A DNA stretch of 64,000 bases from Macrostomum lignano (Eukaryota). The stretch spans positions 404,356-468,355 of the forward strand of contig NIVC01000359.1 of NCBI GenBank assembly GCA_002269645.1, written 5' to 3'. A program made the position numbers and the translations under genes. Position 1 is the first letter of the stretch; every line of letters starts with the position of its first letter. This document shows, one piece after another, positions 48,950 to 62,941 of this stretch. The notes under the pieces are model-generated. The model saw only the letters and a program-made list of their open reading frames with translations, ran no database searches and was not told the origin of the DNA.

Positions 48950-49517
48950 GCGAATCTCAGCCCCAGCCTAAAACTTCCCGCGGCCTGGTGCGCCCCTGAA
49001 TGCGTGAAGCGCCAGGTCTTCACTTCGGCCTCCGACGTCTGGTCCTACGGCGTCCTCTTGTGGGAGATTTTCACCTACGGCTTCCAGCCGTGGGCCGGCC
49101 TCACCAAGCAGCAGATCCTAGCTGCGGTGGACGAGCCTCAACTCGGTCGACTGAACTGCCCGGATGCGTGTCCGGCCGAGCACTATGCCCTTATGCTGCG
49201 CTGCTGGTCTCCCGAGCCGTCAGCTCGGCCAAAGTTTGCCGAATTGGCTGCCCACCTACCGAAGATTATTCCAGAGCGAATGACGGCCCTGCGCGACTGC
49301 GTTGACGAGGACGAGGGTGAAGGCGACGACAACGGCGAGTCAGATGAAAGATTTTTGCACTTCTCTGCTGGCGACTGTGTTCTAGTGCTGGACAAGAAGG
49401 TCGGCGAAGGACTCTGGCGTGGCATTAGGCTAGCCGGCGGCGGGTCCGGACTCTTCCGGCCCTGGCTAATGAAGACGCAGGACCTGACGCAGTCTGCGGC
49501 AACGACCGACAGCGAAG
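48950..49517 (+). CDS. Ack-like: Ack-like kinase, coding exon 4 (kinase C-lobe and SH3)
   Basis: LKLPAAWCAPEC; ASDVWSYGVLLWEIFTYGFQPW; SH3-like ALRDC..LHFSAGDCVLVLDK..LWRG..GLF; donor G|gtaagt. Confidence 0.93.
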
Positions 49518-49859
49518 GTAAGTTTGATCGTAGACACCAAAATCCTGTTATAATGGCTATTTTTACGAAAGGTAAATACATGGAACAGATATAAAGATAC
49601 CTGGGTAGCTGCAAGGTGGCTAGATGGGGCAGACAAAGGTGCATCCAAAAGTTATTATGAATCTTGTAAAATATGTTTTCTTGAATAGTGCTGACTATTT
49701 GCGATAAACTGGCGGAGACAGAGCACAAAGCATCAAAGCAAGGACGTTTCGGATTGGGGCATAAAATTAAATCTAATTTGGTTTGCCTTAAGTGGGATGG
49801 CTTCGTTAGGCTTTACTTTATTACTTTACTTTAGGATTAACAAAATTGCTATCATTTAG

Positions 49860-50099
49860 CTCGGGCAAAATCGACTTTGAAAAATCGGAATCGTCGGCAC
49901 AGCCACTCCGCTGCGACGTTGATATCCGATCCGCAATCGTTCCGACACGTTGGACACGTCGGCATCAACGGGGCCGTGTTCGGCGACGTCGGATTGCTGG
50001 CTGAGTTCAACGAAGCAATGACGGCGGCGAACGCTTCTAGGGAAAGACGAAACGACGGAGCTACGTCGCCTGTAGACAACGGCGACGAGCTGCACTTGG
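49860..50099 (+). CDS. Ack-like: Ack-like kinase, coding exon 5 (CRIB)
   Basis: ISDPQSFRHVGHVG CRIB consensus; phase 1/1 boundaries. Confidence 0.9.
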
Positions 50100-50622
50100 G
50101 TAGGTGCTGAAGGGAATGCAACCATTTTTTGATCTGTCGGTAGGTAGATTCCACTGCCTTCCCTAAACTCGTAAGTTGGTAAGAGTAACCCTCATCCAGG
50201 CAAATTTTGGGGAATTTATTAGTTAGCCTTCATTATGATATGTCTTTTTATTATTTTACTCGTATGATCAAAAGGACAGATTCATCGTCTTGTCGCTTCC
50301 AGTCGTCCATACTAAACCAGCAAGGCCGTTTATAATTTTTATAAGTTTATTCTACTACCCTATATAGCATATATACGCTCGTAGTATTGAATAATCGTAT
50401 TTATATTTGAGCTACACTACGAGTATATGCACTATAATATATTATCTATATAAAAAGTTCAGGTTTTTATTGTATAGAAGTACACGAAATCTGTATACAT
50501 AAGATGTTATCGCTTGATAAATATCGGAAAACTTGCATATTATACACCGATGTTTGTTGGAAACTTTTGGTGTAGCCATCCATGTTTTGGTTCAGTGTGG
50601 TTGCCTGCATTTAACAGTGTAG

Positions 50623-51253
50623 CAAGCGGCAATTTCCCCAACTCTCCCACTGATCCAGACCTGGGAAACTCACTACTGGACGAAATGTTAAACTACTGGC
50701 ACACCGACTGCACCAAAGGCGAAGGCGACAGCTCGACGATCGACCCACTCGACGAGTGCCCAGGCGAAACGGATGCCGAAGCAGCAGCCGTCGACGTTCC
50801 TGAAGCGAGGCGACCTCGCGTCGACTCCAACGTGTCCAGCCTGGTCAGCTCTCTGGCCGACGAGGTTCCAGTCGCCGCAGGACCCGCTGGAAGCGCCAAT
50901 GATCGTAGGAGGTGCTCGTCTTTACTAGCGATACCATCGACCACGGGTCGACTTCACTTTCCTCAGCAGCAGCAGCAGCAGCAGCAGCAGCAAAAGCAAC
51001 AACAGCAACAGTCTCCAGTGCAGAAGCAAACAAGCAATACCGAAAATCAAGGCCAACAGCTGCAACAACAGCAGAAGAAGTACCTTCAACAGCAGCCATC
51101 AACTCTGAGGTCGCTGCGGCCGAAGGAGGCATTCCGAGCTCCACTGGGCGCTCGTCCGCCGCCAAAGCCAGTACGGCCGCTTGAGCCGAATGGCAGCCCG
51201 TGGGGCTCCGCGTTCAACGTCAGCCTTGATGCGCCCGGAGTCGCTGCCGCCAG
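50623..51253 (+). CDS. Ack-like: Ack-like kinase, coding exon 6 (poly-Q and Pro-rich tail)
   Basis: Phase-1 acceptor aacagtgtag|CA; donor AG|gtgaga in phase 2; the exact acceptor is less certain. Confidence 0.75.
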
Positions 51254-52049
51254 GTGAGATATGGATGGGACGGGGGTGTCCATCGGGGACTGGCTCTTTG
51301 TTGGTTTCATTTGAATTCAAAACATATCAAAATTTGACATGCCACTCTTTTTGTCTCCATGGTCACACTTATGCTGCTCGAAAAAAACACAATTGATTCC
51401 CAGACAACCAAGGAGTTTGAAATCAAATTAAAAGGTTGAGTTTATGTAACAGAGATATTTTTCATTCCTGTAACCCTCCACCCAAAGTGACGGCAGCGCA
51501 CTAAATAGTACGCACTGGATGGCCCAAACCAAACTATGATACGTGAGACTCGCATTCTAAAATTGCGCTTGTCTTGCTCAGCTTTGGAGTTTGTTACGCT
51601 CGTAGAGGTCACTACGGTGCCACTTAAAACGCATGCAGTCTTCTCTTTTGCTTGCTATCATTGTCCACACTCGCCCTTCGTGCTGCGAGCCTGCCTGCTC
51701 CCGGAGGTGAGCTCGAAATCTTCTTTGCTTGCTAAGCTCGCAGGTCAACCAGTTCGGTCGGTCTAATTCAAGTGTTCAGCTGAGTGGAGCTGCTCCAGTT
51801 CTCTATCTTCGGTCAGCTGGTCCATGGCGCTGAACTAAGCTTAAAAAGTCCTTTTTCACTACTTATTACTCGTAGATGCCATTGCTTCGAGACTTTTAGC
51901 ATTGCTTGTTTGAAAATATTTTTACATTGAATTGAAAAGCTCTTGAATCGAACAGCTAGTTGGTAGCTACTACTTAAGTAGTCATTTATACTGGCTACAT
52001 ATTTTTTTGCCTCCCATTTTAAAACTGCGGCTTCCTCTGTTCATTCCAG

Positions 52050-52125
52050 CTCCACGCCGACCCAAGCGTGCACCGACGATGCATGGATGGAGAAGCCGCA
52101 GAATTGGAACGACTACGATACGGAG
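52050..52125 (+). CDS. Ack-like: Ack-like kinase, probable coding exon 7
   Basis: Acceptor ttcattccag|C in phase 2 and donor GAG|gtgaga in phase 0; open frame. Confidence 0.6.
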
Positions 52126-52217
52126 GTGAGACTCGCATTGCATGTAGCTACTTAGAGTAGCATCAGCTGCATTCTCTAAACTGCTCGTTCTCGTACTCAA
52201 CTGTTCTTACCTTTCAG

Positions 52218-52250
52218 GGTGGAGAATACGACGAGATTGTGAACTTGTGA
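52218..52250 (+). CDS. Ack-like: Ack-like kinase, probable terminal exon 8 (GGEYDEIVNL-stop)
   Basis: Acceptor ttacctttcag|GGT in phase 0; the eight exons total 2442 nt. Confidence 0.55.
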   Translation, partial: GGEYDEIVNL

Positions 52251-53983
52251 ACTTTTAATAGTTTCTTTCTAAACATACTGTTTTTTGCATCTCGATTGTT
52301 GTGTTGTGGCACATCGCTTATATTCGAGGACTCGGTCGATTTTTGATTAATTAAAGCGTCTCTCTTCCTGATTCATTGCACTTTTACAATGCACTTTGTG
52401 CTAACATATTAAGTTTGATAAACTGATCGTCAAAAACACCAAGTAACTCTAACTAACACTGCTAAAGCCGGGTTATCAAAACGAGCAATAAATCTTTTGT
52501 AACGCTTTTCTTATCGAATAAGTCAATTTTGATAACTGAATTCGATTATTCTTTGTGAAAAAACCCGTGCAGCAATCCGACGTTGGCAAATGGGTACTTT
52601 TACATTACATCGACGTTTGACTGACGTGTAGCATCACGCCGGTGGACGTCGGAGTATTGCACGGTGGAAGGACAACAGAACGCAGCGCTCTTGACAGACT
52701 AAAAAGACTGCTGCGTTTTAAACAAAACTATCTCTCTAAGAAGTTCCTTCACGTGGATAATCCATATTCCTTCTTCCACTGCTTTTATCAATCAGCAAAG
52801 CCCGTGAGGCTTCCCTCCGGGCTGGAGGCAGCGCAGGATTTGTTTATTCAAGGTTGGTCGGCGGTGCGGCTTCGTTGCTCTGGCCAGCGCTGGGCCTGGA
52901 GCCGCCACTTCACTCGTCAATGAGGAGAGAATCTGAAAAAAAGCTGCTTACTCCTAGGCGAGGGAGCGACTGGATAAAGTGGGGGTTGATAGATCATTTC
53001 TGTTCGGTCGATGGGACCAGAGCGGGAGACAGCAGCGGAAATAGGCTTAGATTTGCTGGGGGGAATTGTAAAGATGAGGATGTGGGAAGTTTCCCGGAAC
53101 AATAATAAGCTTCGGGCGCTGATTTCGGCTGGCTGAGAGTGGTTATGAGGAAAATGCGGTCCACGGGGAGGTTATTCCCCGTCAATCCACTGGGGAGCTG
53201 ATGGAATTCTGAACTGAACAGAGGCATTTTGGTCTAAATATTTGACGCACATCCTGCCTAAACTACTGCAGTTGCACTTTAACTGGGATTGTAAAACAAG
53301 GAATTAACTCTCCACTTGAGTAATCATATTTTCTTGCAAAAAGCGATAACGAAACATACATGTAGGACAAGATCATTTGAAACTCGGTTTCACAAGTTTG
53401 TCAACTTAGATTTGAAACAGATATTCTTCAGGATTCAATAAGGAAGTTATAAGTTCTGTTCGTCCCTGTATTTTAGTAATTAGTTGAAGACGTTTTTAAC
53501 TTTGCTGCATGGATTAAACATGCCTCTATCGCTCTCCGCTTCATTTAGTTTGCTACGCTTCAGACCAACCAATCAGAATTCGCCAACATTGTGATTCGAG
53601 TATTGCAAAATTCCTCCATCCTTGATAGGAGCTTAGTGATAGATAGACTAGTATTGGGTGGTTCGAGTCTCAGTGACTCTCGATACGTATCGTCTAGAAT
53701 CCCTCCGGATCCTGATCTAGGCCTGGATTAACTGCATATCAGTTTACGAACTATTGGAGACCGAATAGCCGAATTCTTTTAAAGCAAATCTCCAACTGAT
53801 CTTCCATCGTCACACTTTTGGGAAGTTCGAGGTAGGCAGCATTGACCTAGAATTGCAGTACGAGTGTGATAGGAAAAATGCGGTGCTTTTTTTGTAGAAG
53901 TTTTGTTCCCATTATTGATTAATGAGCTATTATCTGATACGAGCTAATTTGTGGCGTCGACATGAATCGCACGTCTCAGAACA

Positions 53984-55295
53984 GTTGCATCATCCTCCAA
54001 TACCATTGAGAACCTCTCAACAGTTGCATCATCCTTCAGTACCACTGAGCACCTCTCAGAACAGTTGCATCATCCTTCAGTACCATTGAGAACCTCTCAG
54101 AACAGTTGCATCATCCTTCAGTACCATTGAGAACCTCTCAGAACAGTTGCATCATCCTTCAGTACCATTGAGAACCTCTCAGAACAGTTGCATCATCCTT
54201 CAGTACCATTGAGAACCTCCCAGAACAGTTGCATCATCCTTCAGTACCATTAAGAACCTCTCAGAACAGTTGCATCATCCTTCAGTACCATTAAGAACCT
54301 CTCAGAACAGTTGCATCATCCTTCAGTACCATTGAGAACCTCTCAGAACAGTTGCATCATCCTTCAGTACCATTGAGAACCTCTCAGAACAGTTGCATCA
54401 TCCTTCAGTACCATTGAGAACCTCTCAGAACAGTTGCATCATCCTTCAGTACCATTGAGAACCTCTCAGAACAGTTGCATCATCCTTCAGTACCATTGAG
54501 AACCTCTCAGAACAGTTGCATCATCCTTCAGTACCATTGAGAACCTCCCAGAACAGTTGCATCATCCTTCAGTACCATTAAGAACCTCTCAGAACAGTTG
54601 CATCATCCTTCAGTACCATTGAGAACCTCCCAGAACAGTTGCATCATCCTTCAGTACCATTGAGAACCTCTCAGAACAGTTGCATCATCCTTCAGTACCA
54701 TTAAGAACCTCTCAGAACAGTTGCATCATCCTTCAGTACCATTGAGAACCTCTCAGAACAGTTGCATCATCCTTCAGTACCATTGAGAACCTCCCAGAAC
54801 AGTTGCATCATCCTTCAGTACCATTGAGAACCTCTCAGAACAGTTGCATCATTCTTCAGTACCATTGAGAACCTCCCAACAGTTGCATCATCCTTCAGTA
54901 CCATTGAGAACCTCTCAACAGTTGCATCATCCTTCAGTACCATTGAGAACCTCTCAACAGTTGCATCATCCTTCAGTACCATTGAAAAGCTCTCAGAACA
55001 GTTGCATCATCCGTCAGTACCATTGAAAACCACACAGAACAGTTGCATCATCCTTCAGTACCATTGAGAACCTCTCAACAGTTGCATCATCCTTCATTAC
55101 CATTGAGAACCTCTCAACAGTTGCATCATCCTCTAATACCATTGAGAACCTCTCAACAGTTGCATCATCCTTCATTACCATTGAGAACCTCTCAACAGTT
55201 GCATCATCCTCTAATACCATTGAGAACCTCTTAGAACAGTTGCATCATCCTTCAGTACCATTGAGAACCTCTCAGAACAGTTGCATCATCCTTCA
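53984..55295. repeat. Minisatellite, 41/39-bp units (acagttgcatcatccttcagtaccattgagaacctctcaga), ending just before the aquaporin ATG
   Basis: Direct periodicity, about 32 copies. Confidence 0.97.
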
Positions 55296-55321
55296 ATGTC
55301 AACGCGACAGTCGCTCAACTA

Positions 55322-55544
55322 ATGGGCGTCGTACAACGTCTCCGACGAGAAGTGTGCACCTTCCGGTTCTGGAAGGCGGTTCGCGCCGAATTCCTTGGCA
55401 CCCTTCTGCTGGTGTACTTTGGCTGCGGCGCCACGCTGGCCGTAGCGCCATCCGCTCCCGGCTGCGAAGGCGGTGCAGGAGATCCGGCACTGACGGTGGC
55501 GCTAGCGTTCGGACTGGCGGTGGCAGTTATTACGCAATGCACAG
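55322..55544 (+). CDS. AQP: Aquaporin (classical, AQP4-like), coding exon 1
   Basis: FWKAVRAEFLGTLLLVYFGCG; VALAFGLAVAVITQC; donor G|gtgagc in phase 1. Confidence 0.93.
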
Positions 55545-55975
55545 GTGAGCGGTGTTGTACATCATTAGGACTCATGGAGTCATGAATGAATACAGGAAGC
55601 TACAATGCAGGGGTCGATTCCGTGCAACTCTCACTCATGAGGGCCAACCCGCAAGGCAAGAGAGAGTGTGCATGTACATGGCCATGAGAATTAAGTCAGG
55701 ACCGCTGTACATCCCCCGTGAGTGCGTGCCTACGAGGGTTGTGTAAAGCTTTCCCAGTGCTTGTCAGCACAGAGCTGCTACGTTACAGAACTTCATGTAG
55801 CTTTTATAATCAATTTCAGTGTTAAAAGCTACGTTGATGAGATATCAAACTTCCATCGCAGTCCATGAATCCTGCTATTTACACAGAACTGTTAGTGGGT
55901 GAACTAAAATTTGAAAAGCTACGAGTTGGCTTGTTACTCCTACCGGAACCGATGGGCATCAAATCTATTTTCCAG

Positions 55976-56379
55976 GTCACGCTAGCGGCGCCCACTTGAA
56001 CCCGGCTCTGTCGCTGGCTATGCTGGCCACGGGCCGCATCAGTGCAGCCAGGGCGCTGTTCTACACCCTGGCTCAGATTGTCGGCGGTCTGAGCGGCTCC
56101 GGCCTGCTGATTGGCGTCGCTCGTCAGCGTTTGAGCTCGGCGGCAGCCACTGAGGCTTCCGTCAGCAATGAAACATCACCAGTTGCAGTCGGGCCGGTCT
56201 ACTTTCTGCCTACGGTGGCGTCCGACACGCATCCAGGCCAGGCGTTCGGCGCCGAGTTCATGGCCACCTTTGTCTACGCGTTCGCCACCTTCGCCTGCAT
56301 GGAGCCGCGTCGGCCTGTTGAGCTCGGCTGTCGATCCGTCATTGTTGGACTGGCCGTTGCTATGGGACACCTGGTGTCT
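55976..56379 (+). CDS. AQP: Aquaporin, coding exon 2 (first NPA)
   Basis: GHASGAHLNPALS; AQIVGGLSG; GQAFGAEFMATF; VGLAVAMGHL; donor TCT|gtgagt. Confidence 0.94.
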
Positions 56380-56672
56380 GTGAGTACCGTGTGACATGCT
56401 GGACACCTGGTGTCTGTGAGTACCGTGTGACATGTTGGACACCTGGTGTCTGTGAGTACCGTGTGACATGTTAGACATCTGGTGTCTGTGAGTACCGTGT
56501 GACATGCTGGACACCTGGTGTCTGTGAGTACCGTGTGACATGTTGGACACCTGGTGTCTGTGAGTACCGTGTGACATGTTAGACATCTGGTGTCTGTGAG
56601 TACCGTGTGATATATTGGGACACCTGGTGTCTGTGAGTACCGTGTAACATATTGGACACCTGGTGTCTGTAA
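56364..56672 (+). repeat. 36-bp minisatellite whose unit contains the exon end plus the GTGAGT splice donor, about 8.5 copies
   Basis: Unit gacacctggtgtctgtgagtaccgtgtgacatg(c/t)t(g/a); the first copy overlaps the coding exon. Confidence 0.95.
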
Positions 56673-57689
56673 ATTACGTGAAGGGATATGCTATAAAACA
56701 TTAGGACACCTAGTTTTATAAGTTACCTATGCAGAGTGGCCCCGTAAGAAGTTGTCTTTAACATCTGAAGTCCTAAAACTTGATTTAACGCCTCAAAGTG
56801 CATGTTTTTCTGGTCAAAAAGCTCAAAGATGTATAGAGTGTGATACCCAGCTAGCGGCGGCTCATCCAAGGCCCAGCAGTATCGCTCGGCTCGCGCTAAA
56901 AAGAAACTTTTTTACCATCGAAAAAAGTTAATCATCTTCGTGCCGAGGGGATTGCGGGAAGGGGAAAGGCCTGAGGGAGGCTGCAGCCTGGGAGCGGAGC
57001 ACGGCGCAACAGAATCTGGTCTCTTGCCACAGCCGGCCAGTTGGTTCGGAAATGAAGGAGGAGCCGCCGAGCTCGAGCCGCGGCACAAATTCCCGGATCG
57101 CTTCATCATCCGCCAATTTGGCCGAGAGAGGAGAGACTGGGCGAGGCCGGGAACGGATCAAGGAGACCTCAAACGAGGAATCTGGAACTAGCCAATCCAA
57201 ACAGTCTGATCAGCCTACACACACGTATACAAAACGGACAAATCATCAATTTTGTTCGGGCGAACGATGTTTTAAAAAATGTTTTAATTTCATCTTGCAC
57301 TGAAAATCATGGGATTCCGACAGACGGCTTGGCTGTAGAGTTTACAACTCCAGATTCCTCGTTCACGGTGTCCTTGGCGTAGGCTGGCCGCCAGCGGCAA
57401 TCAAGGCAAATTTGGCGTCGCCAGAAGAGACGAGAAGACCGGCCGGCGGCGAGTCAGGGGATAACGAACTCAAATCCATGCGATGGGAAAATAGCTGACG
57501 GGATCAACAGGCGCACGGACTGCAGCTTAGTACAATCTGTAGGGCCTGGATTTTGCGCACTCTGGACTGCTTAGACCTGCAATAACGGGGCATTTCACCG
57601 GGGCAGTCTACTGACGGACTCTCCAATATTGAAGATCGGAGTCCCTGAAACCTCACTAGTTTCCGCCTAAACCTCCGCCCTTTCCACAG

Positions 57690-58010
57690 CTGCCGCTCAG
57701 CGGGGCGGGCCTGAACCCGGTGCGCTGCCTCGGTCCCGCCCTCCTGACCGGCAGCTGGCGGCACCACTGGCTGTACTGGGCCGGGCCGCTGCTCGGCGGC
57801 CTGGCTGGCGGCCTCACCTGCGAGTACGCGCAGGATTCGCGCAGCGAGCTGCACTACCTGCGACGATCTCTGCTGCTGCGCGGCATTGGACGCGGCGGCG
57901 GCTTGCGGACCGGTGGTAACGGTGGCGGGGGCGGCGGCGGAGGCAGCGAGGGAGTCACGGAGTTCACGTTCACACCGTCGACTACGTTTGAAAATATTCG
58001 CTCTGGCTGA
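57690..58010 (+). CDS. AQP: Aquaporin, coding exon 3 (second box NPV, Gly-rich tail, stop)
   Basis: Acceptor ccctttccacag|CTG; LPLSGAGLNPVRCLGPA..HWLYWAGPLLGGLAGG. Confidence 0.92.
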   Translation: MPLSGAGLNPVRCLGPALLTGSWRHHWLYWAGPLLGGLAGGLTCEYAQDSRSELHYLRRSLLLRGIGRGGGLRTGGNGGGGGGGGSEGVTEFTFTPSTTFENIRSG

Positions 58011-58038
58011 GGTCTAGCTGAGACGGAATTGTTGAACT

Positions 58039-58512
58039 GGGGTGTCAAACTTGAGGTATCAGATTTGGGGTGTCAAACTTGAGGTATCAGATTTGGGGTG
58101 TCAAACTTGAGGTATCAGATTTGGGGTGTCAAACTTGAGGTGTCAGACTGGGGTGTCAAACTTGAGGTATCAGATTTGGGGTGTCAAACTTGAGGTGTCA
58201 GACTGGGGTGTCAAACTTGAGGTATCAGATTTGGAGTGTCAAACTTGAGGTGTCAGATTTGGGGTGTCAAACTTGAGGTGTCAGATTTGGGGTGTCAAAC
58301 TTGAGGTGTCAGATTTGGGGTGTCAAACTTGAGGTGTCAGATTGGGGTGTCAAACTTGAGGTATCAGATTTGGGGTGTCAAACTTGAGGTGTCAGATTTG
58401 GGGTGTCAAACTTGAGGTGTCAGATTTGGGGTGTCAAACTTGAGGTATCAGATTTGGGTATCAAACTTAAGGTGTCAGATTTGGGGTGTCAAACTTGAGC
58501 TGGTGTCAGACT
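58039..58512. repeat. Minisatellite, 28-bp unit (gaggtatcagatttggggtgtcaaactt), starting about 30 bp after the aquaporin stop
   Basis: Direct periodicity. Confidence 0.96.
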
Positions 58513-59106
58513 GGGATGGGTTTTCTAGTCAGGTGATATTAGACAGACTTGCAGGTCTTATGCTTAGCTGATCAAATATCAATGTTGTTTCACGTAAAAA
58601 AATGTTTGATTTTGACAAATAAATTTTTCTTGGACATTCGAGCACACTCAGTGAGTGGCTGCTCAGAAGCAGTGCGAGTTATATTCTACAGTATCTGCTA
58701 GTTTGCTTGGCAGTAGAGCATTATAAAAAACCATTATTTACCAATGCCCATCGCCATTTTATTGCTAATCCACCGAATAAATTTATTTATTAATGGCAGG
58801 AAAAACCAGCTAATGTTTCTAATTCGGCTTGAGCCAACTTTGCCGCAATGCAATATTTCATAAATATGGTTTTGCATCCATTAGTCGGAAAAGTCGGAAA
58901 TGTCCCGTTAGACTTGCATGATTTATTGCTTCGTATTGCAGTTTTAAGAGCATCTCTGGACACTCTGAACCCTTGGACTAAAATGGAACTTAAAAAGAGA
59001 AGAAATGTAAATATTATAATTTCGCTGTCTCAATAAAAGTACACAATTGTACTATAACATCAATAAGGTTTATTCTAGCCCAGCTAGTTAGTTAGTGTGG
59101 GACTAG

Positions 59107-59682
59107 TGACAAGTTCAGTGTGACAAGTTCAGTGTGACAAGTTCAGTGTGACAGGTTCAGTGTGACAAGTTCAGTGTGAGAAGTTCAGTGTGACAAGTTC
59201 AGTGTGACAAGTTCAGTGTGACAAGTTCAGTGAGACAAGTTCAGTGTGACAAGTTCAGTGTGACAAGTTCAGTGTGAGAAGTTCAGTGTAACAAGTTCAG
59301 TGTGACAGGTTCAGTGTGACAAGTTCAGTGTGAGAAGTTCAGTGTGACCAGTTCAGTGTGACAAGTTCAGTGTGACAAGTTCAGTGTGACAAGTTCAGTG
59401 TGACCAGTTCAGTGTGACAAGTTCAGTGTGACCAGTTCAGTGTGACAAGTTCAGTGTTACAAGTTCAGTGTGACAGATTAAGTGAGACAAGTTCAGTGTG
59501 ACAAGTTCAGTGTGACAAGTTCAGTGTGACAAGTTCAGTGTGACCAGTTCAGTGTGACAAGTTCAGAGAGACAAGTTCAGTGTGACAAGTTCAGTGTGAC
59601 AAGTTCAGTGTGACAGATTCAGTGTGACAGGTTCAGTGAGACAAGTTCCGTGTGACAAGTTTAGTGGGACAAGTTCAGTGTG
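59107..59682. repeat. Minisatellite, 14-bp unit (gacaagttcagtgt)
   Basis: Direct periodicity, about 41 copies. Confidence 0.96.
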
Positions 59683-60240
59683 CAAGTCCAGCCGGATATT
59701 CTCTCTGGAGAATCAATTTCGAGAAATTTCATATTTTCTTCGTTTCCATCTCACTGCCAGTGCAGGATAGAATTCCTGCAAACCGCCTTGCTACAGTGTG
59801 CTCAATATAAGGTTCTCAAGTATGCCATTCATTCTCAGCTCACTACTTCAGCTCACCCTGCCTCCTCCTGACTCCTCCTGCAGAAGCAGAAGCAAGGCAG
59901 GACCCGTTAACCAGTATTACAGATCGATCCTGTGGCAGAATCTGATTTTATCTCTCCCCCACACCCAGTCTCCCCGCCTCCCCATCGCTGTCCCAACCCT
60001 TATCTCACTGATGGATGGGGATTTCCGTGATTAAATTATCATCTACTCGGGATTGTGCCACCTTCAGCGCCTCTCCAATCTTGCCTGTCGCTCTCCTCCT
60101 ATCTTCTTCTAATTTCTGCTTCTAGTGCCTCTGCTGCAGCGTCTGCTGCAACTTGGCTCATAAATCTTGCAACATGGCATAAGGCTATACATTTATTCAT
60201 TTACTAATGTAAATGGGAGCACAATAAGTTTACTGTAGGA

Positions 60241-61146
60241 ACTTATCCCACCGAGCTTATCCCACCGAGCTTATCCCACCGAGCTTATCCCACCGAGCTT
60301 ATCCCACCGAGCTTATCCACCGAGCTTATCCCACCGAGCTTATCCCACCGAGCTTATCCCACCGAGCTTATCCCACCGAGCTTATCCCACCGAGCTTATC
60401 CCACCGAGCTTATCCCACCGAGCTTATCCCACCGAGCTTATCCCACCGAGCTTATCCCACCGAGCTTATCCCACCGAGCTTATCCCACCGAGCTTATCCC
60501 ACCGAGCTTATCCCACCGAGCTTATCCCACCGAGCTTATCCCACCGAGCTTATCCCACCGAGCTTATCCCACCGAGCTTATCCCACCGAGCTTATCCCAC
60601 CGAGCTTATCCCACCGAGCTTATCCCACCGAGCTTATCCCACCGAGCTTATCCCACGAGCTTATCCCACCGAGCTTATCCCACCGAGCTTATCCCACCGA
60701 GCTTATCCCACCGAGCTTATCCCACCGAGCTTATCCCACCGAGCTTATCCCACCGAGCTTATCCACCGAGCTTATCCCACCGAGCTTATCCCACCGAGCT
60801 TATCCCACCGAGCTTATCCCACCGAGCTTATCCCACCGAGCTTATCCCACCGAGCTTATCCCACCGAGCTTATCCCACCGAGCTTATCCCACCGAGCTTA
60901 TCCCACCGAGCTTATCCCACCGAGCTTATCCCACCGAGCTTATCCACCGAGCTTATCCCACCGAGCTTATCCCACCGAGCTTATCCCACCGAGCTTATCC
61001 CACCGAGCTTATCCCACCGAGCTTATCCCACCGAGCTTATCCCACCGAGCTTATCCCACCGAGCTTATCCCACCGAGCTTATCCCACCGAGCTTATCCCA
61101 CCGAGCTTATCCCACCGAGCTTATCCCACCGAGCTTATCCCACCGA
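60241..61146. repeat. Nearly perfect minisatellite, 14-bp unit (cttatcccaccgag), about 65 copies
   Basis: Direct periodicity; the only variants are single-C losses. Confidence 0.98.
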
Positions 61147-61909
61147 TCTTCTTCCACCGAAATGTTTTGTCCCATTGAATCATATCTTTTGTGTTTTCCT
61201 TGCATAACTGCATGTATTTGAGGTCGGATTTTACGAGTAAAACAATATGTTTTTACAGTATATTATGATATCATTTCTTAAGTTACTACTACTTGGACGC
61301 CAGTTTCAGGATAGTCAGTAGTACAGCCAGGTCGCGATTACTAAAACGTCAGGATTGACGAAATCCGAACTTTACTGATTTTTTTCCGCTAGAGCCCAGA
61401 TATGCAGGTAAAAACTATTGTAGAGAAGGACCTTCAACAGTCAGGAAGTTGAGACCTCGCCCGCCTCCATTTGCCTTTACTTATTCCTAGCATTACTCTG
61501 TCTGACACCCGCTAAAAGCCCCGTATCGCGTTTCTGTTTCTACTCATTTCCTGTCAACCATACAGCTGATGCAGGCACTCAACACTTCCCCATCAGCTAC
61601 GAGTATTTAGTGCTGCATTCCATTTGTGACACAGTTCGCTTTTCAATAGTTATCGATGTGGGCTCGGATTTATGGTGCAAACTGGAGCTGGTATTTTCTC
61701 AAAGGCTTAGAATTAAGCTGGATTAAGTGACTGGGGGTATTGGCTTTGGTGGATTAGCAACTGATACGCCTCTCGAGAGCTCAAGGTGTAAAACTTCTGA
61801 GGAGCTTGCAGCGCGCTTGGAACTTCAAAGATGTAATAAATTCGAGTTCAAGAGAACTTTAATGCCTCTCCTTTCCTGTCGTTTTTTATTAGCTATGATT
61901 AGTCAATGG

Positions 61910-62941
<1,032 letters not shown>

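Noticed and set aside
56850-57660. GC-rich stretch in aquaporin intron 2 as a nested gene or transposon
   Set aside because: Only short ORFs and no motif I can recognise; left unassigned
59870-60170. Possible LINE 3' end on the minus strand (SDRQDWR-like)
   Set aside because: A single short motif with no RT sequence nearby is too weak to call
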